Source: Allobaculum fili (GTDB taxonomy: Bacteria > Bacillota_I > Bacilli_A > Erysipelotrichales > Erysipelotrichaceae). From it: a DNA stretch of 32,000 bases. The stretch spans positions 2,523 to 34,522 of the forward strand of contig NZ_JAHDSX010000026.1 of assembly GCF_020969955.1 (NCBI RefSeq), written 5' to 3'. Shown in pieces: positions 8,101-17,291 of this stretch. The notes under the pieces were generated by a model. That model did not search any database and was not told the origin of the DNA. It worked only from the letters and a program-made list of their open reading frames with translations. Position 1 is the first letter of the stretch. The number at the start of each line of letters is the position of its first letter. The position numbers were made by a program, and so were the translations under genes.

Positions 8101-8833
8101 TGCGGAAGTGCAGACGATCGTCTTCAACAACCTGGATGTCGATCACATTAACGAATCGATCGACATGCTGGCCAAAGCCATTGAAAAGGCGCAGATCTTC
8201 ATGATCGTCGGCGGCTTCTCGCTGGCCGATGAACCGGACGGCTCCGGCAAGTTCATCGTTTCCGTTCTCAAAAACGAAAAAATCAAAAACGCGCTCGATA
8301 CGATGCGTGCCAGCGAAGGTCTGATTCTCGGCATCTGCAACGGATTCCAGGCGCTCGTCAAATCCGGTCTGCTTCCGTTTGGCGATCTGAACAAAAACGG
8401 CGAAGAGCTCGCTACGCTTTTCCGCAACGACATCAACCGCCACGTTTCCCGCGTTGCGCGCACCCGCATCACCTCGAATAATTCTCCGTGGCTGCAGGAT
8501 TTCGATGCCGGCGACACGTTCTCGATCGTGCTCAGCCATGGCGAAGGCAAATTCATGGCCGACCCTGAACTGCTGCAGGAGATGATCGACAACCACCAGA
8601 TCGCGACGCAGTACGTTGATGAAAACGGCGAACCGTCCATGAATGTGGAAGACAACCTCAACGGATCAATGCTCGCCATCGAAGGCGTCCTTTCCAAAGA
8701 CGGCATGATCTTCGGAAAGATGGGCCACAGCGAACGCTACGAACCGGGTCTGTTCCAGAACATTTCCGGAAACCGCGATCAGGACATCTTCGCCAGCGGC
8801 GTCCGGTTCTTCACCCATAAGGAAAAAGACTAG
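5123..8833 (+). CDS. purL: phosphoribosylformylglycinamidine synthase, single-chain form (PurS-like, PurL and PurQ domains fused)
   Basis: 1236 aa counted from the ATG at 5123, which has GGAGGAAG 10 nt upstream. The track ORF from 4958 overlaps purE. The C-terminal glutaminase carries the GICNGFQ motif. Confidence 0.93.
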   Translation: MNTRRFIRKKPAFQVESRSLEETLRTDLGLRDDFHLDQYVIYDIFNADDDDLALLEGQVIAEPAIDEVLDHVDTEGKYTLAMEYLPGQYDQRADSAMQCLMLLNSRQDVRIHSGTLLVMENLDDKQAEEIEAYMINPVEARRKNMDVLDDSQSIDIQDVPTVEGFTKMSEEELEGLRESLGLAMSLEDLVFVQSYFKEEEKRDPSLTEIRVLDTYWSDHCRHTTFETILQSVDFKNDTFGKQIEDAWNQYLDLRAETGREEKPITLMDLATIAGRTLRKRGKLDDQEVSDEINACSIEIEVDVNGTKQPWLLMFKNETHNHPTEIEPFGGASTCIGGAIRDPLSGRSYVYQAVRITGAGDVTAPLADTLEHKLPQSKISKTAAKGYSSYGNQIGLATTYVEELFDPGYTAKRMEVGGVIGAAPKNHVKREKPQPGDVIIYIGGATGRDGIGGATGSSKEHNDQSLDTCSSEVQKGNALMERKLQRLFSNPDATRLIKKANDFGAGGVSVAVGELADGLDIDLDAVPVKYAGLDGTELAISESQERMAVCIAAEDKEAFLKECEKENLNAVQVATVTDTNRLVMKWRGDTIVDLDRSFLDTNGVRQKVDVTILEGESECNPFVSSEKTLDEALAEDNTANQRGLSEMFDASIGKSTVLMPFGGKTQHTPEIGSVQKLPVRGFTTTCSAMTYGFDPKLSRFSPWLGAQYSVVEALARLSALGFDPLTARLSNQEYFERLGFDPDKWGYPLQALLGLVKAEMEFETPAIGGKDSMSGTFNDIHVPPTLITFATAVTDTDHVISSAFKEPGHLIYLVRHIPEKDGSPNYEQLKHNFASIQEENENGHIAAARIVKDGGVGAALAIMAFGNEIGVNASVDDPFGFGIGSIVVETTEDIDRDNWILLGHTTKAQDITLNEKTESLAQAYAAWSERYARLYPTEAPARTEKDAQKAKAVSTYSSEKRYSKVKYDKPLVVIPVFPGQNCEFDTAEKFRRAGAEVQTIVFNNLDVDHINESIDMLAKAIEKAQIFMIVGGFSLADEPDGSGKFIVSVLKNEKIKNALDTMRASEGLILGICNGFQALVKSGLLPFGDLNKNGEELATLFRNDINRHVSRVARTRITSNNSPWLQDFDAGDTFSIVLSHGEGKFMADPELLQEMIDNHQIATQYVDENGEPSMNVEDNLNGSMLAIEGVLSKDGMIFGKMGHSERYEPGLFQNISGNRDQDIFASGVRFFTHKEKD

Positions 8834-9106
8834 CCCTCCGCTGCAAACCTCGCTTGCGATAATCCACATAAAAAATAGAAAGAAAAGCTGCTGTCCTGCA
8901 GATTGCAGAATGCGTGCCTGTCCGATTTGAACCCGGATATCCGACATCGCAAACTGCGATCCCTGGCCGGCGGCTGGCCTGCCCTCCTGTCCGGCTGACC
9001 AAAGCGATCCATCCGAGCGATCGTCTTCTGGAGGAAATCCCGGACAGAGTAACCAGAAAAATTTCAACAACGAAACATTCCTTCCTCACGGAATAAAGAA
9101 AGGAAA

Positions 9107-10144
9107 ATGAAAATGGCTGATCAATATAAAGAAGCCGGCGTCGATCTCGAAGCTGGCTACGACAGTGTCCGCCGCATCAAATCCCATGTTGCCCGCACGA
9201 AAGTGCCTGGCGCCATGGATTCCATCGGTGCGTTTGGCGGCATGTTTGACTTAAAGGCAGCCGGGTTCAAGGACCCGGTGCTCGTATCCGGAACCGACGG
9301 CGTTGGCACCAAGCTGATGATGGCCTTCGAAATGGATAAGCACGACACCATCGGCATCGATGCGGTTGCGATGTGCGTCAACGACGTACTCGTCCAGCAG
9401 GCGTCCCCGCTGTTCTTCCTCGACTACATCGCGGTAGGCAAAAACTATCCGGAAGTCATCGAAAGCATCGTCAAGGGCGTAGCCGACGGCTGTGAGCTTT
9501 CCGACTGCGCGCTGATCGGCGGCGAAACCGCCGAAATGCCGGACATGTATGACATTCATCATTACGACATTGCCGGCTTCTGCGTCGGCGCAGCCGATCG
9601 TGAAAACCTGCTGACCAATACGAAAGTCAAAGCCGGCGATATCCTGATCGGACTGCCGTCTTCCGGCATTCACTCCAACGGCTTCTCGCTCGTTCGTAAA
9701 GTGCTGTTCAAGGACAACCACCTCGATCCGCACGAAAGCTTTGAAGAACTGGGCGGAAGAAAGCTCGGCGACGTACTTCTGGAACCGACCCGCATTTACG
9801 TCAAGCCGGTCAAGGCGCTCTTTGGCAAAGCGGATCTGCACGGCATGGCTCACATTACCGGCGGCGGATTCTTTGAAAACATTCCGAGAATGCTTCCCGA
9901 AGGCCTTGGCGTTTCCATCGATCTCAATTCGTTTGAACGTCCGGCCATCTTTGACTTCATTGCGAAGCGCTCGACCATTTCCGAGCAGGAACTGTACAAC
10001 GTCTTCAACATGGGCATCGGCTTTGTGATCGCCGCTCCAGAAGAAGAAAAGGACAAAATTCTTTCCATCCTGGCTGAGCACGATCAGCCGGCGTATGAGA
10101 TCGGCGAAGTGACGGATTCCGGAAAGGTTGAACTCCACCGATGA
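9107..10144 (+). CDS. purM: phosphoribosylformylglycinamidine cyclo-ligase (AIR synthase)
   Basis: 345 aa, with the DGVGTK motif. The ATG at 9113 has better spacing to the AAGGA RBS and may be the true start. Confidence 0.94.
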   Translation: MKMADQYKEAGVDLEAGYDSVRRIKSHVARTKVPGAMDSIGAFGGMFDLKAAGFKDPVLVSGTDGVGTKLMMAFEMDKHDTIGIDAVAMCVNDVLVQQASPLFFLDYIAVGKNYPEVIESIVKGVADGCELSDCALIGGETAEMPDMYDIHHYDIAGFCVGAADRENLLTNTKVKAGDILIGLPSSGIHSNGFSLVRKVLFKDNHLDPHESFEELGGRKLGDVLLEPTRIYVKPVKALFGKADLHGMAHITGGGFFENIPRMLPEGLGVSIDLNSFERPAIFDFIAKRSTISEQELYNVFNMGIGFVIAAPEEEKDKILSILAEHDQPAYEIGEVTDSGKVELHR

Positions 10145-10719
10145 ACGCCGTCGTGTTCGCTTCCGGATCGGGCACAAACTTTGAAGCCCTGATGGAAGCA
10201 CAGAAGGACGGCCGCCTCGATGTGAAAATCGACGCGCTGTTTTGCGACAAGCCCGGCGCCTATGCGCTCGAGCGCGCGAAAAACTGGAATCTGCCGTCCA
10301 AATGCATCGCCTTAAAGGACTGCGAAAATAAAGCCGACTACGAACGACAGATTTTAGACTGGCTCAAAACGTACAATCCGGATCTGCTCATTTTGTCCGG
10401 CTACATGAAAATCGTCTCCGATACGCTGCTAGGCGCATATAAAGGCCGCATCGTCAATCTGCATCCGGCGCTGCTTCCCAGTTTCAAAGGGGCGCACGCC
10501 ATTCAGGATGCCTATGAAGCCAAAGCGAAAGTGACCGGCGTTACGGTGCACTTCATTGATGAAGGCGTCGATACCGGTCCGGTGATCTTGCAGAAGGAAG
10601 TGCCGGTCAATCCAGACTGGTCCTTGGAAGAGCTGGAAACCGCCGTGCACGCTGCGGAATACGAGACGTTTTATAAAGGCATTAACGAGGCCGTAAAGAT
10701 TCTTTCGGCAAAAGACTGA
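10141..10719 (+). CDS. purN: phosphoribosylglycinamide formyltransferase
   Basis: 192 aa with [11 protein letters not shown] and NLHPALLP motifs. The start overlaps the purM stop (ATGA). Confidence 0.94.
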   Translation: MNAVVFASGSGTNFEALMEAQKDGRLDVKIDALFCDKPGAYALERAKNWNLPSKCIALKDCENKADYERQILDWLKTYNPDLLILSGYMKIVSDTLLGAYKGRIVNLHPALLPSFKGAHAIQDAYEAKAKVTGVTVHFIDEGVDTGPVILQKEVPVNPDWSLEELETAVHAAEYETFYKGINEAVKILSAKD

Positions 10720-10744
10720 GTCTTCGAATAGAAATTCACAAAAA

Positions 10745-10770
10745 TTCAGGACAGAAGCGACTGTCCTGAA
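10745..10770 (+). other. intercistronic perfect 10-bp hairpin (no U-tract)
   Basis: TTCAGGACAG-aagcga-CTGTCCTGAA lies between purN and purH. With no T-run it is more likely an mRNA processing or stability element than a terminator. Confidence 0.5.
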
Positions 10771-10805
10771 CAGAGATTGATTCGAGAAAAATAAAGGAGA
10801 AAAAA

Positions 10806-12338
10806 ATGAAACGAGCACTGATCAGCGTTTCGGACAAAACCGGTCTGACCGATTTTGCCCAGGGATTAAAAGATCTTGGCTACGAGATCATTTCCACCGG
10901 TGGAACCCGTCGGACTCTTGAAAATGCGGGCATCGAAACCATTTCGATTTCCGATGTCACCGGCTTTCCGGAAATTATGGACGGCCGTGTTAAAACCCTG
11001 CATCCCGCCGTTCACGGCGCCCTGCTTTGCGTACGCGACAATCCGGAACATGTCAAAGCCATCCGCGATCTTGGCATTGAAGACATCGATTTAGTCTGCG
11101 TCAATCTGTACCCCTTTAAGGAAACGGTACAGAAAGAAGGCGTAAGCCATGCCGAAATCATCGAAAACATCGACATCGGCGGTCCAAGCATGCTGCGCTC
11201 CGCATCCAAGAACTACCGCTTCATTCCGGTTCTCTGCGATCCAGCCGACTACGACAAAGTTCTCAATGAACTGAAGGAAAACGGCGAAACGACGCTCGAT
11301 ACCCGTGAAAAGCTCGCGGCCAAAGTATTCCGTCACACTGCACGCTACGATGCGATGATCGCTGACTACCTGACTTCACGTACCGGTGAAGAATTCCCGG
11401 AAAGCATGACGATCACCTTCGATAAAGTGCAGGATCTGCGCTACGGCGAAAACCCGCACCAGAAGGCCGCCTTCTACAAAGGCATGAAGCCGCAGTATTC
11501 GCTGGCCAACGCGAAACAGCTGCACGGCAAGGAACTTTCCTACAACAACATCCAGGACGGTAACGCAGCCATCGAAGTTCTCAAGGATTTCGAAGGCCAG
11601 AAAGCGGCAGTCGGCCTGAAACATATGAACCCCTGCGGTGTCGGCATCGGCGCCACGATCAACGAAGCGTGGGATAAAGCCTACGATGCGGACCCGGTTT
11701 CCATCTTCGGCGGCATTGTCGCGCTCAACGACGTAGTCGATGCGGAACTTGCAGACAAACTGTCCAAAATCTTCCTGGAAATCATCATTGCACCGGGCTT
11801 TACGGATGAAGCCATGGAAATTCTGACTCGCAAGAAAAACATCCGTCTGCTTGAACTCGACACCACCCTCGAGCCCAGCAACACCCTCAAGTACACGAAC
11901 GTCAACGACGGTCTGCTCGTTCAGGAAATGGATACCCATCGCCTGCGCGTTGAAGATCTGACATGCCCGACAACCCGTAAACCGACCGAAGAAGAACTCG
12001 AACAGCTCCTCTTTGGCTGGAACATCGTAAAGCACGTGAAATCCAACGCGATCGTTCTCGTCAAGGACAACCAGACGATCGGCGTCGGTGCCGGACAGAT
12101 GAACCGTGTCGGCGCGGCGAAAATCGCCATCGAACAGGCCGGCGAAAAGGCGAAAGGTTCCGTTATGGCTTCCGATGCCTTCTTCCCGATGCCCGATACC
12201 GTGGAAGAAGCGGTAAAAGCCGGCGTGACCGCCATCATTCAGCCGGGCGGATCCATCAAGGATCAGCTGAGCATCGACGAATGCAACCAGCACGGCATCG
12301 CGATGGTCTTCACCGGCATCCGTCACTTCAAGCACTAA
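10806..12338 (+). CDS. purH: bifunctional AICAR transformylase / IMP cyclohydrolase
   Basis: 510 aa. N-terminus ALISVSDKTGL and the motifs GGT and KTLHP are present. AAAGGAG RBS is present. Confidence 0.96.
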   Translation: MKRALISVSDKTGLTDFAQGLKDLGYEIISTGGTRRTLENAGIETISISDVTGFPEIMDGRVKTLHPAVHGALLCVRDNPEHVKAIRDLGIEDIDLVCVNLYPFKETVQKEGVSHAEIIENIDIGGPSMLRSASKNYRFIPVLCDPADYDKVLNELKENGETTLDTREKLAAKVFRHTARYDAMIADYLTSRTGEEFPESMTITFDKVQDLRYGENPHQKAAFYKGMKPQYSLANAKQLHGKELSYNNIQDGNAAIEVLKDFEGQKAAVGLKHMNPCGVGIGATINEAWDKAYDADPVSIFGGIVALNDVVDAELADKLSKIFLEIIIAPGFTDEAMEILTRKKNIRLLELDTTLEPSNTLKYTNVNDGLLVQEMDTHRLRVEDLTCPTTRKPTEEELEQLLFGWNIVKHVKSNAIVLVKDNQTIGVGAGQMNRVGAAKIAIEQAGEKAKGSVMASDAFFPMPDTVEEAVKAGVTAIIQPGGSIKDQLSIDECNQHGIAMVFTGIRHFKH

Positions 12339-12417
12339 TCTTTACTCAACTTAGGATTCACAAAGACAGACCGGGCCAGACGAGGATTTGATCGCGGCCT
12401 GCTGCCTTTACCATTTA

Positions 12418-12460
12418 CACAGGGAACTGAAGCGTTCAGCTCCCTGTGTCTCTCATTCTG
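12418..12460 (+). terminator. hairpin after purH (probably a partial terminator)
   Basis: CACAGGGAACTGAA-gcg-TTCAGCTCCCTGTG forms a 14-bp stem with one A.C mismatch. It is followed by a pyrimidine-rich but interrupted tract, TCTCTCATTCT. Confidence 0.5.
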
Positions 12461-12608
12461 GCCGTCTTCCATCGTCTTTCCGGACAAATTTCCAAAGCGA
12501 AACCGGGAGAAAACCAGAGGTGAGAAGAGAGTCTCCAGAACAGAGTGTCTGATCTGAATGAAAACCAGACCGTCCCGCGTTCTGGCGGAGCGGTTAAAAT
12601 GAAAACTT

Positions 12609-12627
12609 ATCTGCAGTTTCTGCAGAT
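12609..12627. promoter_or_regulatory. perfect palindrome ATCTGCAG-ttt-CTGCAGAT 22 nt upstream of purD
   Basis: Read directly. It has 8-bp arms and is either an operator candidate or a 5'-UTR hairpin. Confidence 0.4.
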
Positions 12628-12649
12628 CCTGCTAATATGAGGTGATTTT

Positions 12650-13885
12650 ATGAAAGTACTCGTCATTGGAACCGGCGGAAGAGAGCACGCGCTCGCTCTG
12701 GCCGCTTCCAAATCGCCGCTTTGCGAAAAACTGTACTGCGCACCGGGCAATCCGGGCATGGGACAGATCGGCGAAAACGTGAACATCAAAGCCGATGACG
12801 TAAAAGGACTCGCGGACTTTGCGCAAAATAACGGCATCGATCTGACCATTGTCGGCCCCGAAAATACGCTGGCTGCCGGCCTGGCGGATGAATTCCTCGC
12901 CCGCAATCTCAAAGTGTTTGGACCGACCCAGGGCGCAGCCCAGGTGGAATCGTCCAAGGACTTTGCCAAGTCGCTGATGAAAAAATACGATATCCCGACA
13001 GCGGCGTACGAAACGTTCCACGATCTTGAATCCGCGAAAGCCTACGTGCTCGAACACGGCGCCCCAATCGTCATTAAGGAAAACGGTCTGAAAGCCGGCA
13101 AAGGCGTGACCGTAGCCATGAATATCGAAGATGCGCTTGAAGCGCTGGAGATCGCCTTTGCGATCGAAGACAATGCAGTCGTTATTGAAGACTATCTCGA
13201 AGGCTTTGAGTTTTCCCTGATCGCCCTGGTTAACGGCGATCTCGTCGTTCCGCTCGAATGCGCGCAGGACCACAAGCGCGTAGGCGACAACGATACCGGT
13301 CCGAACACCGGCGGCATGGGCAGCTATTCTCCGGTCCGCAAAATTACGCCGGAGCTCGTCAACACCACGATGGAAGCGATCATGAAGCCGATGGCCAAAG
13401 CGCTGCAGGCCGAAGGCGTTCCGTTTACCGGCTTTCTGTACGGCGGTCTGATGGTTACCGAAGACGGCATCAAGACAATCGAATTCAACGCCCGCTTCGG
13501 CGATCCGGAAGCCGAAGTCATTCTCTGCCGCCTGGAAAGCGACTTCCTTCAGGCGATTCTCGATGTTATGGATGGCAGAAAACCGGAACTGAAATGGACC
13601 GACAAAACGAGCCATGGTGTCGTTCTGGCCTCCACCGGCTATCCGGCTTCGTCCACCAAAGGCGCCTTGATTGAAGGCCTCGAAGATACCGATTCTCTGA
13701 TTTACCACATGGGAACGAAAGGAGAAGACGGAAACCTGTACACCAACGGCGGCCGCGTACTCATGCTCGTCAACCTCGCGGATACGCTCGAAGAGGCCAT
13801 GGAAAAAACGTACGCGGACTTGAAACATGTGAAATCCGATGCGCTGTTCTATCGAAACGATATCGGAAGAAAGGATCTGGACTAA
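12650..13885 (+). CDS. purD: phosphoribosylamine-glycine ligase
   Basis: 411 aa. N-terminus [15 protein letters not shown] and an ATP-grasp domain are present. GAGGTG RBS is present. Confidence 0.96.
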   Translation: MKVLVIGTGGREHALALAASKSPLCEKLYCAPGNPGMGQIGENVNIKADDVKGLADFAQNNGIDLTIVGPENTLAAGLADEFLARNLKVFGPTQGAAQVESSKDFAKSLMKKYDIPTAAYETFHDLESAKAYVLEHGAPIVIKENGLKAGKGVTVAMNIEDALEALEIAFAIEDNAVVIEDYLEGFEFSLIALVNGDLVVPLECAQDHKRVGDNDTGPNTGGMGSYSPVRKITPELVNTTMEAIMKPMAKALQAEGVPFTGFLYGGLMVTEDGIKTIEFNARFGDPEAEVILCRLESDFLQAILDVMDGRKPELKWTDKTSHGVVLASTGYPASSTKGALIEGLEDTDSLIYHMGTKGEDGNLYTNGGRVLMLVNLADTLEEAMEKTYADLKHVKSDALFYRNDIGRKDLD

Positions 13886-15552
13886 TGGCTAAAAGCGATC
13901 TGGAAATTGCACAGGAATGCGTCCTGGAACCGATTGATGTCATTGCCGCAAAAGCGGACATCGATCTCGATGCAATTGAACCGTATGGAAAAACGAAAGG
14001 AAAAATCGATCTGAATACGCTCGATCTTTCCCAAAATAAAGACGGCAAGCTCATTCTCGTTACCGCCATCAACCCGACGAAAGCCGGCGAAGGCAAATCC
14101 ACCACGACCGTCGGTCTTGGCGATGCCCTCAATCGTTTAGGCAAGAAAACGATGATCGCCCTGCGCGAACCGTCCTTAGGTCCGGTTTTCGGTCTGAAAG
14201 GCGGCGCGGCTGGCGGCGGCTATGCTCAGGTTGTTCCAATGGAAGATCTGAACCTGCACTTTACCGGCGACATGCATGCGATCACGACCGCGAACAACCT
14301 GCTTTGCGCGATGATCGACAACCATATGTATCAGGGCAACGAACTCGATCTCGACAAGGATCGCATTACGTTCAAGCGCTGCCTCGACATGAATGACCGC
14401 ACCCTGCGCGAAATTGAAATCGGCATGGGTTCCAAAGTCAACGGCATCGAACGCAAGGACGGTTTCAACATTACTGTTGCCTCCGAAATCATGGCCGCGC
14501 TCTGTCTGGCGGACGATCTGATGGATCTGAAAAAGCGCTTTGGCGACATGCTCATCGGCTTCAACCATTCCGGCGATCCGGTCTATGTCCGTGATCTGAA
14601 GTGTGAAGGCGCCATGGCTATGGTCATGAAAGACGCCGTGAAGCCAAACCTCGTACAGACGCTCGAACACAACCCGGTTCTCGTTCATGGCGGCCCGTTC
14701 GCGAATATCGCTCACGGATGCAACTCCGTTATCGCAACGAAAACGGCGCTGAAACTGGCTGATTACGTCGTAACCGAAGCCGGATTTGGCGCGGATCTCG
14801 GCGCGGAAAAGTTCCTCGATATCAAGTGCCGTCTGGCCGATCTTCATCCAAACGCCGTTGTTCTTGTTGCTACGATCCGTGCTCTTAAGCAGCATGGCGG
14901 CGTAGCCTTTGAAGATCTCAAGGAAGAAAACATTCCGGCTATGCTGGAAGGCTGTGCCAACCTGGCTAAGCACATCGACACGATCCATCAGTTTGGACTG
15001 CCGTGCATTGTCGCCATCAACCAGTTCGAATCCGATACGCCGGCTGAAATTGCGGCACTCGAAGCATGGTGCAACGAAAACGGTCATCCGCTCTCCCTTT
15101 CCCAGGTATGGGCCAAAGGCGGCGAAGGCGCGCTCGATCTGGCCGAAAAGGTAGTGGATCTCTGCGATCAGGAAAACGACTTCCACGTACTTTACGACGA
15201 AAAGGATTCGATCGAAAACAAGATCACGACCATCGCACAAAAAGTGTATGGCGCCGATCATGTCGAATTCACCGACGAAGCCAAAGCGCAGATCGAAGAA
15301 TTCAAGAAATACGGCTGGGACAAGCTGCCCGTCTGCATGGCCAAGACGCAGATGTCTCTGACCGACGATCCTAAACGCATGGGCGCACCGAAAGGCTTTG
15401 CTATTACCGTGCGTGAGTTGCGTCCGTCTCTGGGCGCCGGATTTGTGGTTGCTCTGACGGGCAAGGTTCTGACGATGCCGGGTTTGCCGCCGCATCCAAG
15501 CGCGCTCGATATGGACATCGACGAAAACGGCAAGATCAAAGGGCTGTTCTAA
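13885..15552 (+). CDS. fhs: formate-tetrahydrofolate ligase
   Basis: 555 aa with the [12 protein letters not shown]-loop. The ATG overlaps the purD TAA by 1 nt (TAATG). Confidence 0.96.
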   Translation: MAKSDLEIAQECVLEPIDVIAAKADIDLDAIEPYGKTKGKIDLNTLDLSQNKDGKLILVTAINPTKAGEGKSTTTVGLGDALNRLGKKTMIALREPSLGPVFGLKGGAAGGGYAQVVPMEDLNLHFTGDMHAITTANNLLCAMIDNHMYQGNELDLDKDRITFKRCLDMNDRTLREIEIGMGSKVNGIERKDGFNITVASEIMAALCLADDLMDLKKRFGDMLIGFNHSGDPVYVRDLKCEGAMAMVMKDAVKPNLVQTLEHNPVLVHGGPFANIAHGCNSVIATKTALKLADYVVTEAGFGADLGAEKFLDIKCRLADLHPNAVVLVATIRALKQHGGVAFEDLKEENIPAMLEGCANLAKHIDTIHQFGLPCIVAINQFESDTPAEIAALEAWCNENGHPLSLSQVWAKGGEGALDLAEKVVDLCDQENDFHVLYDEKDSIENKITTIAQKVYGADHVEFTDEAKAQIEEFKKYGWDKLPVCMAKTQMSLTDDPKRMGAPKGFAITVRELRPSLGAGFVVALTGKVLTMPGLPPHPSALDMDIDENGKIKGLF

Positions 15553-15663
15553 GCCAAATAATTCTCGCAGCCTAACGAAGATACGAAACTGGATCGAGGA
15601 AACCGATCCTCGATGAAATCGATCTTCGAAGGGACCAAGAATTCAAATTCAATACGCAAAAAG

Positions 15664-15709
15664 AAAATGCAGTTTCGACGGACGCAAAATCCGCGAAACT
15701 GCATTTTTT
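15664..15709. terminator. bidirectional terminator between convergent fhs and the MATE gene
   Basis: AAAATGCAGTTTCG-N16-CGAAACTGCATTTT is a 14-bp perfect stem, with an A-run upstream and a T-run downstream. Confidence 0.8.
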
Positions 15710-15729
15710 CGTTTGGAAGAAAACCTGCC

Positions 15730-17130
15730 TCACTCAATCGCCAGCTCGGTTTCGGTCGCTTCGATTTCGTCTTCGAGGGTATCGTTTCCTTCTTCGTACT
15801 TACCGTGTTTAAACCAGGGCCCATTGCGGTAAAAGAGCAGGGAAAGAACGGCACCGGCCGACCAGCCAAACGGCCACGCCAGCCAGATGCCGGTTGAACC
15901 GAGAGCGGTGGCGGAAAGAATGAGTGCCAGACCGACGCGCAAAATCAGATCCGCAAACGTGGAAATCATGAATTTTCCCATCTGGCCCGCTCCGCGTAAA
16001 ATGCCGTCGGCGACGAGCTTGGCGGAAACGATGAAGTAGAACGGAGAAAGAATGCGTAAAATTTCGATGCCCGTCTGCATCGCTTCGCCGTTTGGATGCT
16101 GGAGAAAGAGCAGAAGCAGCCGGTCGCCGATGAAAAAGTACGCCAGAAAGAGGGGAAGGCAGATGCCCCAGACTAGACGAAGCCCGGCGTTGAAGCCGGC
16201 GCGAATGCGATGAAGCTTGTTTGCGCCGATGTTTTGCGCCGTATAGTTGGAAATACCGTTGGCAAGCGTCGTCAGAGAGGTGATGACCAGATTGTTCAGC
16301 TTGATCGAAGCGCTGTAGCCGGCCATGACACTGGCGCCAAACCCGTTGATCGCGCCCTGAATCACGATGTTGCCGACCGAAATGAAGCTTTGCTGGAGGA
16401 TGCTTGGAATGGCGATGACGGAAATCTGCTGAAGAATGCGCCAGGAAAAGAAGGGGGCTTTTCCCGAATGAGGAAGTGTATGAAGCCGCTTGAAGACATA
16501 TACAATGGCGAGCACGCAGCTGACACCCTGGCAGATCAGCGTCGCCCAGGCCACACCGGCTACGCCCATGTCAAAGGCCGTTACAGACAAAATATCGACG
16601 GCGATGTTGCTTAAGGAAGAACCGGCCAGAAAAAGAAACGGCGTTTTGGAATCGCCCAGCGCCGAGAAAATGCCGGTCGCAACATTGTAGTAAAAGACAA
16701 AGGGAAGACTCAGGCAGTAAATGTCGAGATACACCATGGAATCGGCCATGACGCTTTGCGGCGTGTTGATCAGCTCGAGCAGAAACTGACAGCCGACAAA
16801 ACCGATCAGCATGAGTACCGCACAAAGCACGCCGCTGGCGGCAATCGTTGTCGTGACAGCCGTTTTTAAATCCCGGTACTGCTTCGAGCCGAACAGACGG
16901 GAGACGACGACCGAGCAGCCGATATTGCATCCGAACGCGAACGCGATGAAAATGAGCGTGATTTCGTAGCTGTTGCCGACTGCGGCCAGCGCGTTTTCGC
17001 CAATAAATCGTCCGGCGACAAAACTGTCGGCGATATTGTAAAGCTGCTGAAACAGAATGCTTCCAAACAGGGGAAGACAGAACTGCCAGAGCACTTTCGA
17101 CGGTTTTCCGACCGTCAGATCCTTGTTCAT
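15730..17130 (-). CDS. MATE-family multidrug/sodium efflux transporter
   Basis: 466 aa from the ATG at 17130 (MNKDLTVGKPSKVLWQFCLP...), which has AAAGGA 10 nt upstream. The protein is multi-TM with a typical MATE N-terminus. The track ORF start at 17235 is probably too far upstream. Confidence 0.85.
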   Translation of the reverse strand: MNKDLTVGKPSKVLWQFCLPLFGSILFQQLYNIADSFVAGRFIGENALAAVGNSYEITLIFIAFAFGCNIGCSVVVSRLFGSKQYRDLKTAVTTTIAASGVLCAVLMLIGFVGCQFLLELINTPQSVMADSMVYLDIYCLSLPFVFYYNVATGIFSALGDSKTPFLFLAGSSLSNIAVDILSVTAFDMGVAGVAWATLICQGVSCVLAIVYVFKRLHTLPHSGKAPFFSWRILQQISVIAIPSILQQSFISVGNIVIQGAINGFGASVMAGYSASIKLNNLVITSLTTLANGISNYTAQNIGANKLHRIRAGFNAGLRLVWGICLPLFLAYFFIGDRLLLLFLQHPNGEAMQTGIEILRILSPFYFIVSAKLVADGILRGAGQMGKFMISTFADLILRVGLALILSATALGSTGIWLAWPFGWSAGAVLSLLFYRNGPWFKHGKYEEGNDTLEDEIEATETELAIE

Positions 17131-17236
17131 ACGTTTCAATTCCTTTCTTTCCATACCTTTCTTAAAGGATTTTTCAAACCCGTTACTCATTATCCAGAAG
17201 AAAAGCCATATGTAAAATATTGTATTGATATTCAAG

Positions 17237-17255
17237 CCATATCAAATTGATATGG
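17237..17255. promoter_or_regulatory. palindrome containing a T-N11-A LysR-type box in the divergent intergenic region
   Basis: CCATATCAA-a-TTGATATGG has 9-bp arms. The core TATCAAATTGATA fits T-N11-A. Confidence 0.5.
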
Positions 17256-17291
17256 TTTATGAAATAGAAAGCCAGTCGGGAGAAAAAAGCC

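Noticed and set aside
12560-12600. TCTGGCGGAGCGG, reminiscent of the ACUGGCG core of ZTP (pfl) riboswitches, upstream of purD-fhs.
   Set aside because: There is no downstream CCGCCUGGGC pseudoknot partner and no matching P1/P2 helices. Recall of the consensus from memory is also imperfect, so only Infernal could settle it.
17131-17235. 35-codon N-terminal extension of the MATE ORF (MNINTIFYIWLFFWIMSNGF...).
   Set aside because: The extension runs into the divergent promoter and operator region. The ATG at 17130 gives the canonical MATE N-terminus and has a properly spaced RBS.
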